Below are positions 63,380-64,000 of a stretch of DNA of 64,000 nucleotides, piece by piece; the stretch's first letter is position 1, and each line of letters starts with the position of its first letter. The position numbers and the translations under genes are program-made. This stretch comes from Vitrella brassicaformis CCMP3155 (Eukaryota; Protista; Chromerida): assembly GCA_001179505.1 (NCBI GenBank), contig CDMY01000401.1:21950-85949 (forward strand), written 5' to 3'. The notes beneath the pieces were generated by a model that made no database searches, was not told the DNA's origin, and saw nothing but the letters and a program-made list of their open reading frames with translations.

Positions 63380-63628
63380 TACACACAGGCAAACAGACAG
63401 GCGGACCTACACACACACACATGCACATACACGTGTTGTCCATCCATCCATCCGTCCGTCCATCCATCCATCCATTCCTCACCCCAGCTGCTGAGTTCGC
63501 AGTCGGCGCTATCATCGGCGCAGTCGGCAAAGCTTTCTCTCGCCCCCCACAGCGGAGGCAAACAGAGGTGACGGAAGCTCGGCCGCCAACACCACGATGA
63601 TCCACAACACCAACAGCCGCGCCGCCAT
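63380..63628 (-). other. Possible start of a small signal-peptide gene (frame uncertain)
   Basis: AAGATGGCGGC start context at 63628 gives MAARLLVLWIIVVLAAELPSPLFASAVGG.... In-frame TGA after 38 codons, shortly after a G6 run. GTGAGG donor at about 63482 followed by a typical GT-rich intron. Confidence 0.3.
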
Positions 63629-63864
63629 CTTGAAATGAGGAAAAATGTGTCCGGTCGGCCCTTTCACGACCCCCCAAAAGCACCAGCTGGGGGAGTGCTC
63701 TAGGCTAGTTTTTCTCCGCGCGCGAATCGCATATGGCGGATGGCGTAACGGACTTCATGAAAATGCCCTCCTGGAAAGCGGAAACTTCGTGTGCTGATAC
63801 TGAGCTACATGACGGCTCACCGAGATGTCTTTTCGGAAGGAGAAAAGCTCGTGCATGCATCGAA

Positions 63865-63883
63865 AGCTCGCCTTTAAGCTCGC
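63865..63883. promoter_or_regulatory. AAGCTCGC x2, probable divergent promoter at window end
   Basis: Copies at 63865-63871 and 63877-63883 (near-copy AAGCTCGT at 63845). Candidate ATGs at 63628(-) and 63997(+). Confidence 0.4.
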
Positions 63884-64000
63884 AAGTAGGATGAGTGTTG
63901 CGGCGTGGTTTTGACACAGGCGACGAGCCAGATGAGCCAGACGGCCTGTGTGGTCGACCTCTCTCTTCCTCGTACAAGGTCCCACTCGCCTGCCCGATGG

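Noticed and set aside
63852-63859. TGCATGCA apicomplexan AP2-type motif
   Set aside because: Single copy; TGCATG is common in the GT-rich introns here, so there is no evidence of enrichment.
63705-63977. 90-aa minus-strand ORF as the 3' end of a gene
   Set aside because: No recognisable motifs, and it overlaps promoter-like motif copies. Left uncalled.

Overview
Eukaryotic nuclear DNA: GC-rich, gene-dense and very intron-rich, with short GT-AG introns full of (GT)n/(CA)n, (GACA)n and (GGAT)n microsatellites. Gene content and intron style suggest a chromerid alga such as Vitrella brassicaformis (inference). Manual splicing gives about 19 well-supported multi-exon genes plus 2 weak candidates: DPH7-like WD40 (partial), triple-CCCH protein, a large T/V-repeat + CUE protein, inositol 5-phosphatase, F-box/LRR, Nup155, BTB protein, glomulin/ALF4-like, TauE/SafE, a secreted alveolate coiled-coil (trichocyst-matrix-like) gene with three apparent lesions, RCC1-repeat protein, two head-to-head Alba paralogues, plastid-targeted argB, an IS630/Tc1-type HTH protein with no DDE domain, a C2H2 protein with PP1-docking motifs, and several hypotheticals. 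There are three 300-N assembly gaps. No tRNA, rRNA or CRISPR array was recognised. The most striking unexplained structure is regulatory: genes alternate strand almost perfectly, and the short divergent spacers repeatedly carry the heptamer AGCTCGC/GCGAGCT (15 copies by eye in about 2.7 kb of spacer). All family calls come from motif recognition by eye, not database searches, and exon boundaries are manual.
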